A DNA stretch of 64,000 nt from Candidatus Woesearchaeota archaeon (lineage in GTDB: Archaea; Nanobdellota; Nanobdellia; Woesearchaeales; 0-14-0-80-44-23): assembly GCA_026394965.1 (NCBI GenBank), contig JAPLZQ010000103.1:13028-77027 (forward strand). Direction: 5' to 3'. Below the pieces are notes generated by a model. That model was not told where the DNA came from and did no database searches. It saw nothing but the letters and a program-made list of their open reading frames with translations. Of the stretch, positions 18,784 to 28,581 are shown one piece after another. Made by a program: the position numbers and the translations under genes. Each line of letters opens with the position of its first letter. The first letter of the stretch is position 1.

Positions 18784-18961
18784 GCGCCTTAAATTATTTT
18801 ATTATTTTTTATAATATTTTTCATTATTTTATTATTTTTAATCTGATTATCTGAATTATATTCTTTTTAACTTATTTTGCAGATACAATATATTTAATAA
18901 GCGGCTTCCTTAATTTCAGATTCTGCTTTACTGCGAATCTGTGCGGTTTTAATTTTAAGAG

Positions 18962-20434
18962 GTGGATAGGAAATTGGGCGATGTTGAAGAGTGCAGGGCA
19001 AAGGACTCTCTTGAAGCATTCATGAAGAATGTAAAGATTGCTGCTGATGAATTTCTGGCGCTTGACAAGGGGGAAACAATAAGGCTTGTGTCCCACCTTG
19101 ACTGCGACGGAATAAGCGCTGCATCAATAATGATAAGGATGCTGAACCGGCTCAACCGCAGATACGCCCTTTCCATAATTCCCCAGCTGGATGAAAAGGC
19201 AATATCCGAGCTTTCCAGGGAAAACTACAAAACCTTCTTCTTTACAGACATAGGCTCGGGGCAGATTTTCAGGATAAGAAAGTTCATGAAAGAGAAAAAA
19301 GTATTCATACTTGACCACCACGACATTGAAAGAAATTCTGAAGAATCTGAAAAATCAGACGGAATAGTTCATTTAAACCCCCACCTTTCGGGAATAGACG
19401 GCGATTCGGAAATATCAGGAGCAGGCGTTGTATTCCTTTTCGCAACTGAGATTGACAAGAAAAATGAGGACATGGCGCACATTGCGCTTATAGGCGCTAT
19501 CGGGGACATACAGGACAGGAACGGATTCTCAGGCATAAACTTATCCATCATAAAAACCGCTGAAAAAAACGGCAGGATTAAAGTGGAAAAGGGATTAAGG
19601 CTCTTCGGAGCCCAGACAAAGCCCATCCACAAGCTCCTTGAGCAGAGCACAGACTTCTTCATTCCCGGAATTACAGGCTCTGAAAGCAGCTCAATACAAT
19701 TCCTGAAAAGCCTTGGGATAAATCCCAGGAACAGCGAAGGGAGCTGGAAAAAACTCCCAAATCTTTCAAGTGAAGAAATGAAAAAGCTTGTTACAGGAAT
19801 AATCCTTATGCGCCTTGAAGAGAAAAATCCAGAGGACATCCTTGGACAGGTCTACACAATCCTGGGAGAGGAAGAGGAATCGCCCCTGAGAGATGCAAAG
19901 GAATTCTCAACCCTTCTCAATGCCTGCGGAAGGATGGGAAAGGCATCATTTGGTATAGGCGCATGCCTTGGGGATTCGCGCGCAAAACAGCAGGCGCTCT
20001 CAACGCTTGTTGACTACAAAAAGGAGATAATGAAATCCCTAAAGTGGTATGAGGAGAACAGAGAATCAAAGGCAGTTGTGTCAGGCGACGGCTTCATGAT
20101 AATAAATGCCTCGGACAAAGTGATTCCAACAGTTATTGGAACAATGGCTTCAATCATCTCAAAGTCAGGAATGATACCTGAGGGAACAATAATTGTGTCA
20201 ATGGCTCAGGCAGAAAGCGGAAAGACAAAGGTGTCTGGAAGGGTTGCAGGGAGAAAGCAGTCAGAGCATGACATGAGCGCTGTTATGAGAAAGATAACAT
20301 CCATTGCAGGCGGTGAAGCAGGCGGGCACCGGAATGCTTCAGGCGCAGTGATACAAACAGAAAATGAGGAAAAATTCATAGCAGCAGCCCAGAGCGTCCT
20401 CTCAAACATCTGCAAGGAAGAAAAGGTATTCTAA
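18962..20434 (+). CDS. DHH-family phosphoesterase, archaeal RecJ/GAN (Cdc45-like) type
   Basis: DHH motifs I-III: HLDCDGISAAS, ILDHHD, and a GGH-like GGHRNASG in the DHHA1 region. 490 aa. Confidence 0.65.
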   Translation: MDRKLGDVEECRAKDSLEAFMKNVKIAADEFLALDKGETIRLVSHLDCDGISAASIMIRMLNRLNRRYALSIIPQLDEKAISELSRENYKTFFFTDIGSGQIFRIRKFMKEKKVFILDHHDIERNSEESEKSDGIVHLNPHLSGIDGDSEISGAGVVFLFATEIDKKNEDMAHIALIGAIGDIQDRNGFSGINLSIIKTAEKNGRIKVEKGLRLFGAQTKPIHKLLEQSTDFFIPGITGSESSSIQFLKSLGINPRNSEGSWKKLPNLSSEEMKKLVTGIILMRLEEKNPEDILGQVYTILGEEEESPLRDAKEFSTLLNACGRMGKASFGIGACLGDSRAKQQALSTLVDYKKEIMKSLKWYEENRESKAVVSGDGFMIINASDKVIPTVIGTMASIISKSGMIPEGTIIVSMAQAESGKTKVSGRVAGRKQSEHDMSAVMRKITSIAGGEAGGHRNASGAVIQTENEEKFIAAAQSVLSNICKEEKVF

Positions 20435-20777
20435 AAAAAGGCATTCTGAATTATTGGAAAAATCAGCCCGAAAATATTTCATGCTTTTAATTTTTAGAAA
20501 TTGATTCTGTAGTCCTGCCGCTGCTGCTATTTTTTAAAAAAAAGAAAAAAAAGAAAAAATAAAAAAAAAGTTCTCCATTGCCTCACGGCAAGGAGACAAA
20601 CGTTTTTGCCTTCATTTAGGTTTGTGGGGGTGGGAAAATGAAGGCAGAAAGTCAACACCCGAAGGTGAGCGTGAATAAGTGACTTTTTGCGATCCCTCTC
20701 AATCATGAATTTGTGAGCGTGAAAATGCTATAAGGCTCCGGAAAAGCCCGGAGCAAAAAACATTTTACTGATTTGCC

Positions 20778-21914
20778 TTACTGAAGGATTTCAATCCCCA
20801 GCTCGTCGCTGACATGGTTTGCAACAGCCCTGTTCGCAGCTGTCATGCTTCTCTTGTACTCGTCTTTTCCGAGGAGCCATGGAGATTTTACGCCTGTTAT
20901 TATTGTCATCACAACAAGCTTGCCCTTCATGTCCTCCTGAATCCTTGCTCCCCAGATGACATTTGCATCTGTGTCCATGGATTCTGTCACAAGTTCGCCT
21001 ACCCTGCTGACTTCTTCAAGAGTCATGTCTGGGCCTCCTGTCACATGGATTAAGGCTCCTGTTGCTCCCTTGTAGTTGATGTCAAGAAGCGGATTTGAGA
21101 GCGCTCCGTTAACTGCCTCTTCAACCCTGTTGTTGGTATCAGATGAGCCGACTCCGATTGCTGCGACTCCGCCGTTGCTCATGATTGCCTTTACATCTGC
21201 GTAATCCAGGTTTACAAGGCTTGGAACCGCAATTGTCTCGACAATTCCCTTAATCATTGTTGCAATGAGCTCGTTTGCTACGGCAAATGCCTGCTGGATT
21301 GGAAGCCCGCCTGCAATCTGGACAAGCCTGTTGTTGTCTATAACGACAACTGTGTCAGAAACCTGCCTTAACTGCTGGAGCCCGAATTCTGCCTTGTCAA
21401 CTCTCACTCTTTCAATCTTGAAGGGCATTGTTACTGTTCCTATGACAATTGAGTTTATGTCCTTTGCAATCTTTGCAATGACTGGAGCTGCTCCTGTTCC
21501 TATTCCTCCTCCCATTCCTGCGCACACAAAAACCATGTCCGCATCCTTGAGAGCCTCTTTCAGCTCCTGCATGTTCTCCTTGGCTGCCTCAGCTCCCTTT
21601 TCCGGGAATCCTCCGCATCCGAGCCCTCTTGTCACATCCCTACCGATGATGAATTTGCGATCAGCTTCAGTTATGTCAAGGTGCTGCTTGTCTGTGTTAC
21701 AGGCTAGAATCTCAGCTCCGCGTATTCCCTTCTGGTAGAGCCATGAAACCATATTGTTTCCTGCGCCACCAACGCCTATAACCTTAATGTTGGCCTGCCC
21801 TTCAAGTCCCTCAACTTTCCTGTCCGAATGTTCCAATGCGTTCTGTATTATATAGTCCATTTTTTCAACCCCCTTTTGTCTGTTTTTGCTATTTGTTTGT
21901 AAAAGCCCACACAT
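20778..21914 (-). CDS. ftsZ: cell division GTPase FtsZ (paralog 2)
   Basis: IKVIGVGGAGNNMVSWL, CAGMGGGIGTGAAPV and NLDYADVKAIM. 378 aa, diverged from paralog 1 (3891-4976). Confidence 0.9.
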   Translation of the reverse strand: MCGLLQTNSKNRQKGVEKMDYIIQNALEHSDRKVEGLEGQANIKVIGVGGAGNNMVSWLYQKGIRGAEILACNTDKQHLDITEADRKFIIGRDVTRGLGCGGFPEKGAEAAKENMQELKEALKDADMVFVCAGMGGGIGTGAAPVIAKIAKDINSIVIGTVTMPFKIERVRVDKAEFGLQQLRQVSDTVVVIDNNRLVQIAGGLPIQQAFAVANELIATMIKGIVETIAVPSLVNLDYADVKAIMSNGGVAAIGVGSSDTNNRVEEAVNGALSNPLLDINYKGATGALIHVTGGPDMTLEEVSRVGELVTESMDTDANVIWGARIQEDMKGKLVVMTIITGVKSPWLLGKDEYKRSMTAANRAVANHVSDELGIEILQ

Positions 21915-22340
21915 CGTTCCAATCTATATTCTGGAAAAAACATAATACAAAACCATAATATTTATATTCTAGTATGGTTTTTACTACTTTTAGAAAAAGA
22001 TACTTGCGCCAACAGGTAACCTTTTCGGTAATTCAACTATTTTACGCCAAAATTCAAGAAACGATTGCTTCAAACGAGGTTTCGCCAAAAACTTTGTTTG
22101 AAAATTTTATATTTTCTTCATAGTTAATAAGTATATAAATATTTCTGGAATCTGAAATATATTTTCAAAAATCTATATCCATATAGCGCATTTATATATT
22201 AATACTCAAAATGGGCTCTTTAGTATTTCAGTATACCTTTAATTATATTCAAAAAACGGGGTTTTCCGACGGGAAAAAAGCGCAGCAGATTATCATAAAG
22301 ATTTAAATATTGAATCAAAATAATTCCAAACTGGATAAAA

Positions 22341-23102
22341 ATGGCGCTTTACCTCATAGGACTAGGGCTGGGTGACGAAAGGGACATAACCCTGAAGGGG
22401 CTGGAATTTGCTAAAAAATCAGATTATGTCTATCTTGAGAGATACACTGCCATCCTTCCTGCTGGAAAGGAGAAGCTGGAAAAGCTCATCGGAAAAAAGA
22501 TTTTAGACGCTGAAAGGATTGATATGGAGCAGGGCTCGTCTGAACTGATTGAAAAGGCAAAGAATTCTGATGTTTCAGTCCTTGTCGTAGGAGACCCCCT
22601 CAGCGCAACAACCCACGCCGAGATAATGCGTGAAGCAGAGGAAAAGGGGGTAAAGGCATTTGTGGTTAACAATGCCTCAATCCTGAATGCAATAGGGAGT
22701 GTTGGGCTTCAGCTCTACAAGTTTGGAAAAACAACAAGCATTCCCTTTCCTGAGGAGGGCTTCACTCCTGAAACTCCCTATGATGTTCTTGCAGAAAACC
22801 TCTCAATAGGGGCTCACACCCTCATTTTGCTGGACCTGCGCCCGAAAGAAGGCAAATTTATGACTGCAAACGACGGCATAAAATACATGCTTGATATTGA
22901 GGGCAGGAGAAAAAAAGGGATATTCACAGAAAAAACCCTCTGCATCGGATGCGCAAGGATGGGCTCAGATGATTCAACGATAAAATCAGGAACAGCAAAA
23001 CAACTTCTTGCCGAGGACTTTGGAAAGCCGCTTCACTGCATAATAATCCCGGGAAAGCTTCATTTTGTCGAGGAAGACTGCATAAAGAGATGGAGAGTTT
23101 AG
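22341..23102 (+). CDS. dph5: diphthine synthase (diphthamide biosynthesis methyltransferase)
   Basis: MALYLIGLGLGDERDITLKGLEFAKKSDYVYLERYT is the canonical DphB/Dph5 tetrapyrrole-methylase-fold N-terminus. 253 aa. Confidence 0.8.
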   Translation: MALYLIGLGLGDERDITLKGLEFAKKSDYVYLERYTAILPAGKEKLEKLIGKKILDAERIDMEQGSSELIEKAKNSDVSVLVVGDPLSATTHAEIMREAEEKGVKAFVVNNASILNAIGSVGLQLYKFGKTTSIPFPEEGFTPETPYDVLAENLSIGAHTLILLDLRPKEGKFMTANDGIKYMLDIEGRRKKGIFTEKTLCIGCARMGSDDSTIKSGTAKQLLAEDFGKPLHCIIIPGKLHFVEEDCIKRWRV

Positions 23103-23103
23103 A

Positions 23104-23478
23104 ATGCGGAAGGTTTTTAATAAAAAAAAGCAGGAAAAGAAAAAGCCATGCGCGATAGATAAAGATGATTCAGGAATGGCAAGCGCTGAGGAGCTTTTTG
23201 AGCTTGCAAAGAGCGGGGTTGAAACAGTAGAATCCCTTAAGAAGAGAATAGAGAACATGGAGAAGTGGTTTGAAGAGGAGATAAAGAGAAGGGATGCAAT
23301 ATTAGACAATGTGCACAGGGAGAAGCAGATGCTCTTCAACTCAGCTGTGAGCGAGGCGAACAAAAGCGGGGAGATGAAAATTATAATTGAGCGCTACAAG
23401 AAAAAGGTAATTGCGCTTGAAGAGGCACTCTCTGAAAAAGAAAGCCCGAAGAAGAGGGCAATAAGAAAAGAGATATGA
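23104..23478 (+). CDS. hypothetical coiled-coil protein
   Basis: 124 aa, Lys/Glu-rich with heptad-like pattern. The start overlaps the dph5 stop. Confidence 0.35.
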   Translation: MRKVFNKKKQEKKKPCAIDKDDSGMASAEELFELAKSGVETVESLKKRIENMEKWFEEEIKRRDAILDNVHREKQMLFNSAVSEANKSGEMKIIIERYKKKVIALEEALSEKESPKKRAIRKEI

Positions 23479-23579
23479 TTAACATATTGTGCATAAATGA
23501 ATGAGCATCAATGAATTTTCAAAATCAAACAGCAAAACAGGATAATTATAAATAAACTAAAAAAAACAATCCAGATAAA

Positions 23580-25355
23580 ATGAAAGAAGAGATTAATGAA
23601 AAAAAGAAAATCGCTTCCCTCCTTGCAGAAGCAACAGGGAATAAGGAAGAGGATATTGAAAGCCTGATTGAAGTTCCTCCGAAGATGGAGATGGGCGACT
23701 ATGCATTTCCATGCTTCTCATTTGCAAAGTCAATGAAAAAGAGCCCGGCGCAGATTGCCATGGATATAAGCAAAAAGGCAAATTCGGCGCTTTCTGAAAA
23801 AAATTATCTGTTCATTGAAAGGGTGGAAAGCACAGGGCCCTATCTTAATTTTTTCCTGAAAAAAGGGATTTTTGCAGAAAAGGTCCTTAAAGAAATAATA
23901 GCAAAAGGCGATTCATACGGCTCAGGAGAAAAGAAAAAAGACAAGGTGATGGTGGAGTTTTCTGACCCCAACACCCACAAGGCATTTCACATCGGGCATC
24001 TCAGGAATGCATCAATCGGGGACTCCCTTGTGAGGGTTATGAGATTCTCAGGATACAATGTTACAGCAGCCAACTACATCGGGGATGTCGGGGCTCATGT
24101 CGGAAAATGCCTCTGGGCTCTTGAAAAATTCCACAGCGGAGAGCTTGGAAAGATTCCAAAAAATGAAAGGGGGGAATTTTTGGGGCAGGTTTACACTGAT
24201 GCAACAAAAAGAATAGCAGAGGCAGAGGAGAAAAAGGATTCCTCGCTAAAAGAAGAGGCTGCCCTCATTGCAAAAAAGCTTGAGGAGGGCGACAGCTCAC
24301 TAACAAAACTATGGAAAGAGACAAGAGAATGGAGCATTGAGGAATTCAAGAGGATATACAGGGAGCTCGGGATAAATTTTGATATTTATTTCTTTGAAAG
24401 CGAGGTTGAAAAGAAGGGAAAGGAAATAGTCAGCGAGCTCCTGAAAAAGAAAATAGCAGAAGAAAGCCGGGGCGCAATAATAGTTGACCTGAAAAAATAC
24501 AATCTTGATGTTTTTCTCATACTCAGGACAGACAAGACAGCCCTTTATGCCACAAAGGACCTCGGGCTTGCAGAGGACAAGTTCAGAAAATATGAGATAG
24601 ACAGAAGCATATATGTTGTCGGCTCAGAGCAGAAAATGTATTTCCAGCAGCTCTTCAAAACCCTTGAACTCATGGGATTTCCCAATGCAAAAAAATGCTA
24701 CCACCTTGCGCACGAGCTTGTGATGCTTGAAGAGGGAAAGATGTCCTCAAGAGAGGGGAATGTTGTAACATACGGAACTCTTGCATCAGAGATGATGAAA
24801 AAGGCAGAAAGCGAGATTGAGAAGAGGCATCCTGAATGGGCAAAGAAGGAAAAAGAGGATACAGCAAAAAAGATAGCCATTGCTGCAATGAAATTCTCAA
24901 TGCTCAACCAGGACAACAACAAGCCGATAATATTCAGCATAGTAAAAGCCCTTGACTTTGAGGGCGAGACAGCATCCTATGTGCAGTATGCCTGCACAAG
25001 GGCTTCATCAATCCTGCGAAAGGAAAAGGAGGAAAACAAAAAGTTCATCCCTGCTGAAGAGATTAAATCAGCTGATTTATCAGTCCTGAATTCAGCTGAG
25101 GAAAGCGCGCTCATCAGAAAGCTTTCAGAATTCCCTTCAGTAATCTCAAAGGCAACTGAGGAATACAAGCCGTTCATAATCCCGAAATACCTGCTTGAGC
25201 TTTCAAAGCAGTTCTCAATATTCTACCGCGAATGCCAGATTATGAAAGCAGAAGAGAAAGTCAAGAAGGCAAGGCTGATTCTCACTGAAAGCGCAAGAAC
25301 AGTCATAGCAAACGGGCTTTCCCTGATTGGTATTCCGGCGCTTGAGAGAATGTAA
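23580..25355 (+). CDS. argS: arginine--tRNA ligase
   Basis: FSDPNTHKAFHIGHLRNASIGD is the class I HIGH motif in the ArgRS context. KMSSREGN is the KMSKS variant. The C-terminal DALR anticodon-binding region ends ...LSLIGIPALERM. 591 aa. Confidence 0.85.
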   Translation: MKEEINEKKKIASLLAEATGNKEEDIESLIEVPPKMEMGDYAFPCFSFAKSMKKSPAQIAMDISKKANSALSEKNYLFIERVESTGPYLNFFLKKGIFAEKVLKEIIAKGDSYGSGEKKKDKVMVEFSDPNTHKAFHIGHLRNASIGDSLVRVMRFSGYNVTAANYIGDVGAHVGKCLWALEKFHSGELGKIPKNERGEFLGQVYTDATKRIAEAEEKKDSSLKEEAALIAKKLEEGDSSLTKLWKETREWSIEEFKRIYRELGINFDIYFFESEVEKKGKEIVSELLKKKIAEESRGAIIVDLKKYNLDVFLILRTDKTALYATKDLGLAEDKFRKYEIDRSIYVVGSEQKMYFQQLFKTLELMGFPNAKKCYHLAHELVMLEEGKMSSREGNVVTYGTLASEMMKKAESEIEKRHPEWAKKEKEDTAKKIAIAAMKFSMLNQDNNKPIIFSIVKALDFEGETASYVQYACTRASSILRKEKEENKKFIPAEEIKSADLSVLNSAEESALIRKLSEFPSVISKATEEYKPFIIPKYLLELSKQFSIFYRECQIMKAEEKVKKARLILTESARTVIANGLSLIGIPALERM

Positions 25356-25420
25356 ACAGAAATCTTTATTCTTTTTATTCCCTTATTTCAACATTGTCAA
25401 TAATCCCGTCTGAATCCAAA

Positions 25421-26224
25421 TCAACCCCTTCCACAACCTTTGCGCCTTGTCCCAGAATACCTTCTCCCTGCAAGGATAAGAATGCTTTTTCCGGGGTTAA
25501 ACGGGTTCTTCGCCTTGACAATTATCCCGATCTCGTCATTTGAGTATGATTTGCCTGAAAGGGTTGAATAAACGCTCCACACATCCTTTTTCTCAAATCT
25601 CACAGGAAGCTTTGGATTTACCTCCTTCACAATCCTGTTTGTCACAGGACCTCCTATCAGTATAAGATTCTCCTTAAGGTCCTCATCCTTTACTTCAGTA
25701 TCGAGCTTTACAGTAAATGAGGGCACATAATTGAGAAAGGTTCCAAGGAAAAGCGCAAAGTCAACTGCATAATATCCGTCCCTTGAGCGCGCCTTGTCAG
25801 GGCCGTGGGGGTCAGGGCTTCCCACAATGAAGAAAGCATCCAGCTGCCCATCCTTTATGAAGGGCTCAAAAAAAGGGCTTTCTCCCCCAAGGTGAAGCAT
25901 GTTCGGGCTGTTCTCAAAATCCCGGAACTTGACTACAAAAGAAGGCTCCTCAAGAGCATAGTATTTTGCAAGAGCGCCCTGCTTGCTTTCGCTTTTCACA
26001 ACTTTCACAATGCCTGCCTTTTCAAGCTTTCTGACGTGGTAATACACCTTCTGCTCATTCACCTTCAGCGCTTTGGAAATCTCAATGACATACATCTCTT
26101 TTGCTGAGAGAAGATTCAGGATTTTTACAGCAAGCTCAGATGAAAGATGCCTGGAATCCCTTGCGCTTATCTCCTTTGCAGGGAGGGAAAGAATCTCATT
26201 CTTGTTTTTCTCAACTATGAACAT
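25421..26224 (-). CDS. winged-helix DNA-binding domain protein fused to an uncharacterised C-terminal domain
   Basis: N-terminal wHTH (EMYVIEISKALKVNEQKVYYHVRKLEKAGIVKVV). The C-terminal about 170 aa has no match recognisable to me. The likely true ATG is at 26222-26224. The ORF track start at 26311 lies inside repeat element copy B. Confidence 0.45.
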   Translation of the reverse strand: MFIVEKNKNEILSLPAKEISARDSRHLSSELAVKILNLLSAKEMYVIEISKALKVNEQKVYYHVRKLEKAGIVKVVKSESKQGALAKYYALEEPSFVVKFRDFENSPNMLHLGGESPFFEPFIKDGQLDAFFIVGSPDPHGPDKARSRDGYYAVDFALFLGTFLNYVPSFTVKLDTEVKDEDLKENLILIGGPVTNRIVKEVNPKLPVRFEKKDVWSVYSTLSGKSYSNDEIGIIVKAKNPFNPGKSILILAGRRYSGTRRKGCGRG

Positions 26225-26306
26225 TAATGCGCCTCTCTTTGCTCTTATTAAACAAACACTATTGATAAGAAGAGCTATTATAAAAAATTTTTTATTTCTG
26301 CTAAAA

Positions 26307-26570
26307 ATCATAAAAATCCGCTGAGAGCGTTCGGACGCTCTCTGATTCGCGGATTTTTAGGATGCCAAAAACGGCGCTTTATCTCTAAACTAAAGTACCA
26401 AAAATTCGCTAAGCGAATTTTGGAATCATAAAAATCTGCAATGGCAAATTTTTAGGATGCAAAAAGTGGCTTTGCCGCTTTTTTGCACATGAAAATCAAA
26501 GATTTTCAGTTCAAGAAATCATTTGATTTCTTTGTATTGAGTTTTAGCGCCGTTTTTTAGCATAAATTGC
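26307..26570. repeat. intergenic nested-palindrome element, copy B (expanded, carrying a nested degenerate second copy)
   Basis: Same ATCATAAAAATCCGCTGAGAGCG...CGCTCTC...GCGGATTTTTAGGATGC as copy A at 26307-26365. The second hairpin arms (CCAAAAACGGCGCT at about 26365 and AGCGCCGTTTTTTAG at about 26545) are split by about 160 bp. That insert contains AATCATAAAAATCTGCAATGGCAAATTTTTAGGATGCAAAAAGTGGC...GCCGCTTTTTTGC, a degenerate inner copy, plus a small AAAATTCGCT/AGCGAATTTT hairpin. Confidence 0.45.
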
Positions 26571-26611
26571 AAGTAAGATAGAAGATAAGATTTTTAATTA
26601 ATTCTTTCTGT

Positions 26612-27460
26612 TCAGAAATCCTTTGTCCGCATCACTTTTATCCCGCGCGCTTTTGAGATTCCCTCTGCAATCGCATCAACCTTTTCCTTGTACTGCCCCA
26701 TGCCCTTCCAGTCCAGGATTATTGACTCGGGCTTTGGAACAGTCCTTTCAATTGCCTGAAGAACTATTTCCTCATCAATATTATCAAGCATGTATTTTGG
26801 GCATACATGCCCGACTGCAATCCCGGATTCTATTATGATTTTCTTGAAATTTGAAAGGGTGTGAAGCCCGCCTATCCCGACAGCAGAAGGGCACTCCGGA
26901 ACCTCATTTGAAAGAAGCTCAAAAAGGGCTTCCCCTATGATTTTGCCTGCTTTCCTGTCTTTCCAGCGCTCAAGCTCAGAGCCGATTTCAATGAACATGC
27001 ACGGCTTTTCAAGGAAAGGGCCGTGGTGGGTGCACTCCTGGACAACATCATACCCCGAGCCATTTCCCCTTATTTCAAGAATCTGCATCGCCCTCTTAAG
27101 AAAGGATGCCGGGCAGACGCAAAGCTCCCTATCCCTGCCGCCAAGCCCTGCTGAACCCCAGTTTCCTGGAGAGTGCACGCTTAAACTGGGAATTCCAGAT
27201 TCGCTTCGATGCTTGCTCATGAAGATGAAAAAATCCGCTGAGATAAGCCGGTCAAGGTTCTCGTAATGCACAAGCTCTGAGTCAGTTGTATAAATCCTTG
27301 CCTTGACTTCATTAGAGCCCGCATGAAAAGTTCTCTCAAAAACAGGGTATGAATCAAAAACCCCGCATTTCATAAATTCAGCTGTTTCAAGGAAAGAATC
27401 CTTTATGTTCATTCCTGCATGGTCCTCTGTTGAGCAGACTAATGCGATATTGTGAAACAT
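26612..27460 (-). CDS. dtdA: D-aminoacyl-tRNA deacylase, archaeal DtdA type
   Basis: Motifs HSPGNWG, ECTHHGP, GIGGLHT and DWKGMG match my recollection of the archaeal Dtd (DUF516) family, for example the Pyrococcus HVTGNWG/ATHHGP/GIGGGHY/DWKG. 282 aa. Confidence 0.6.
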   Translation of the reverse strand: MFHNIALVCSTEDHAGMNIKDSFLETAEFMKCGVFDSYPVFERTFHAGSNEVKARIYTTDSELVHYENLDRLISADFFIFMSKHRSESGIPSLSVHSPGNWGSAGLGGRDRELCVCPASFLKRAMQILEIRGNGSGYDVVQECTHHGPFLEKPCMFIEIGSELERWKDRKAGKIIGEALFELLSNEVPECPSAVGIGGLHTLSNFKKIIIESGIAVGHVCPKYMLDNIDEEIVLQAIERTVPKPESIILDWKGMGQYKEKVDAIAEGISKARGIKVMRTKDF

Positions 27461-27587
27461 GGCAGTTAATTAAGGGGGTTTAAGTTAAAAATATATCTAA
27501 AAAGAGGGGGATGGATCAACAAGAATGTTTCATTGGTGAAAAAACAAAAAAATTTATAAATTTGGAGGTAGTTAAATCAAAAATCCG

Positions 27588-28145
27588 ATGAATCTGCAAC
27601 AGATAATTCAAAAAAAACACTTAAGGCTTTCTGTATTATTGGCTCTTCTTTCAATAATTGTAATTTTTATGGGGGTATTTATAATAAGGCCGTCAATAAC
27701 AGGATACGCGGTTTACCAAGAGATGGTCAAAATAAATTCTTCTTTTGAAGAATATATACAAAATCTGGATGAACTTCACGAAGAAATACTTTCAAAAAAT
27801 ACAAACTTATCTGTATGCTATAACTTCAATGAACAACTATTTTCTGAATTTGAAAAGTGCAACAATATTAGTCGGGAATACAAAGCAAAACTGGATGTTC
27901 TAAGTTTGAACTGCAGCAAGTTAATGGAGAATAAAAACGCAAAAATAGAGGAGCTGCAATCGCAAATTGATTCAAAAACAAAGCAATATGAGGAATTAAA
28001 AACTGATTATGACCTTTTTGTAAAAAGCGTTGCTGACAACATCTGCTGCAAGACAAAGGTTGACAACCCTAATATAAAATATTACAGAATAGAAAATCAC
28101 AAAGTTCTATGCCTTGAAGAAGGAACCCAGCAGATAAACTGTTAA
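27588..28145 (+). CDS. hypothetical membrane-anchored coiled-coil protein
   Basis: 185 aa with an N-terminal TM helix (LSVLLALLSIIVIFMGVFII), then a coiled-coil and a Cys pair at the C-terminus. Confidence 0.35.
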   Translation: MNLQQIIQKKHLRLSVLLALLSIIVIFMGVFIIRPSITGYAVYQEMVKINSSFEEYIQNLDELHEEILSKNTNLSVCYNFNEQLFSEFEKCNNISREYKAKLDVLSLNCSKLMENKNAKIEELQSQIDSKTKQYEELKTDYDLFVKSVADNICCKTKVDNPNIKYYRIENHKVLCLEEGTQQINC

Positions 28146-28251
28146 AAAAACTAAACCATCTCATTCTGATAGATATCTAAGTAATTTCACTCATAAGATT
28201 ATTTAACAATTAAAAAAGAGAATAGAACATAGAATTAAGAATATTCAAATC

Positions 28252-28392
28252 TTACTCTATGACTGCGCCGCACTTCTTGCAGTACACTTCATTGTCCTTC
28301 CTGACAACTTCTGTGCTTCCGCATTCCGGGCACTTCAGGATTCCCTCGCCGCTCACGCTCTGAAGCGACTTCTCACTCGGGGATAATGCCAT
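28252..28392 (-). CDS. small zinc-ribbon protein (TFB N-terminal ribbon-like)
   Basis: Minus-strand 46 aa MALSPSEKSLQSVSGEGILKCPECGSTEVVRKDNEVYCKKCGAVIE, a CPxCG...CxxCG zinc ribbon. Below the ORF-track size cutoff. Confidence 0.4.
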   Translation of the reverse strand: MALSPSEKSLQSVSGEGILKCPECGSTEVVRKDNEVYCKKCGAVIE

Positions 28393-28581
28393 GCCTAACT
28401 TTAGAATTTTATGATATTTAAATCTTTTGAATTACTCGCAAAAGAAGAAATCTGAATGCCAAAAAGGGCTTTTCAGCCATAAAAGAAAAGCGCGACAAAT
28501 GAATTAAAAAAGACAACGCAACAGGATAGTATAACAGAATAATAAAATAATAAAATAATAAATTAATAAAATAAAAAAAGC

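Noticed and set aside
20734-20760. Rho-independent-style terminator for ftsZ2 (GCTCCGG-loop-CCGGAGC)
   Set aside because: On the ftsZ2-coding minus strand the T-run precedes rather than follows the hairpin. On the + strand the hairpin is followed by A-run. It is therefore not a classic intrinsic terminator. It is kept only as part of the structured intergenic region finding.
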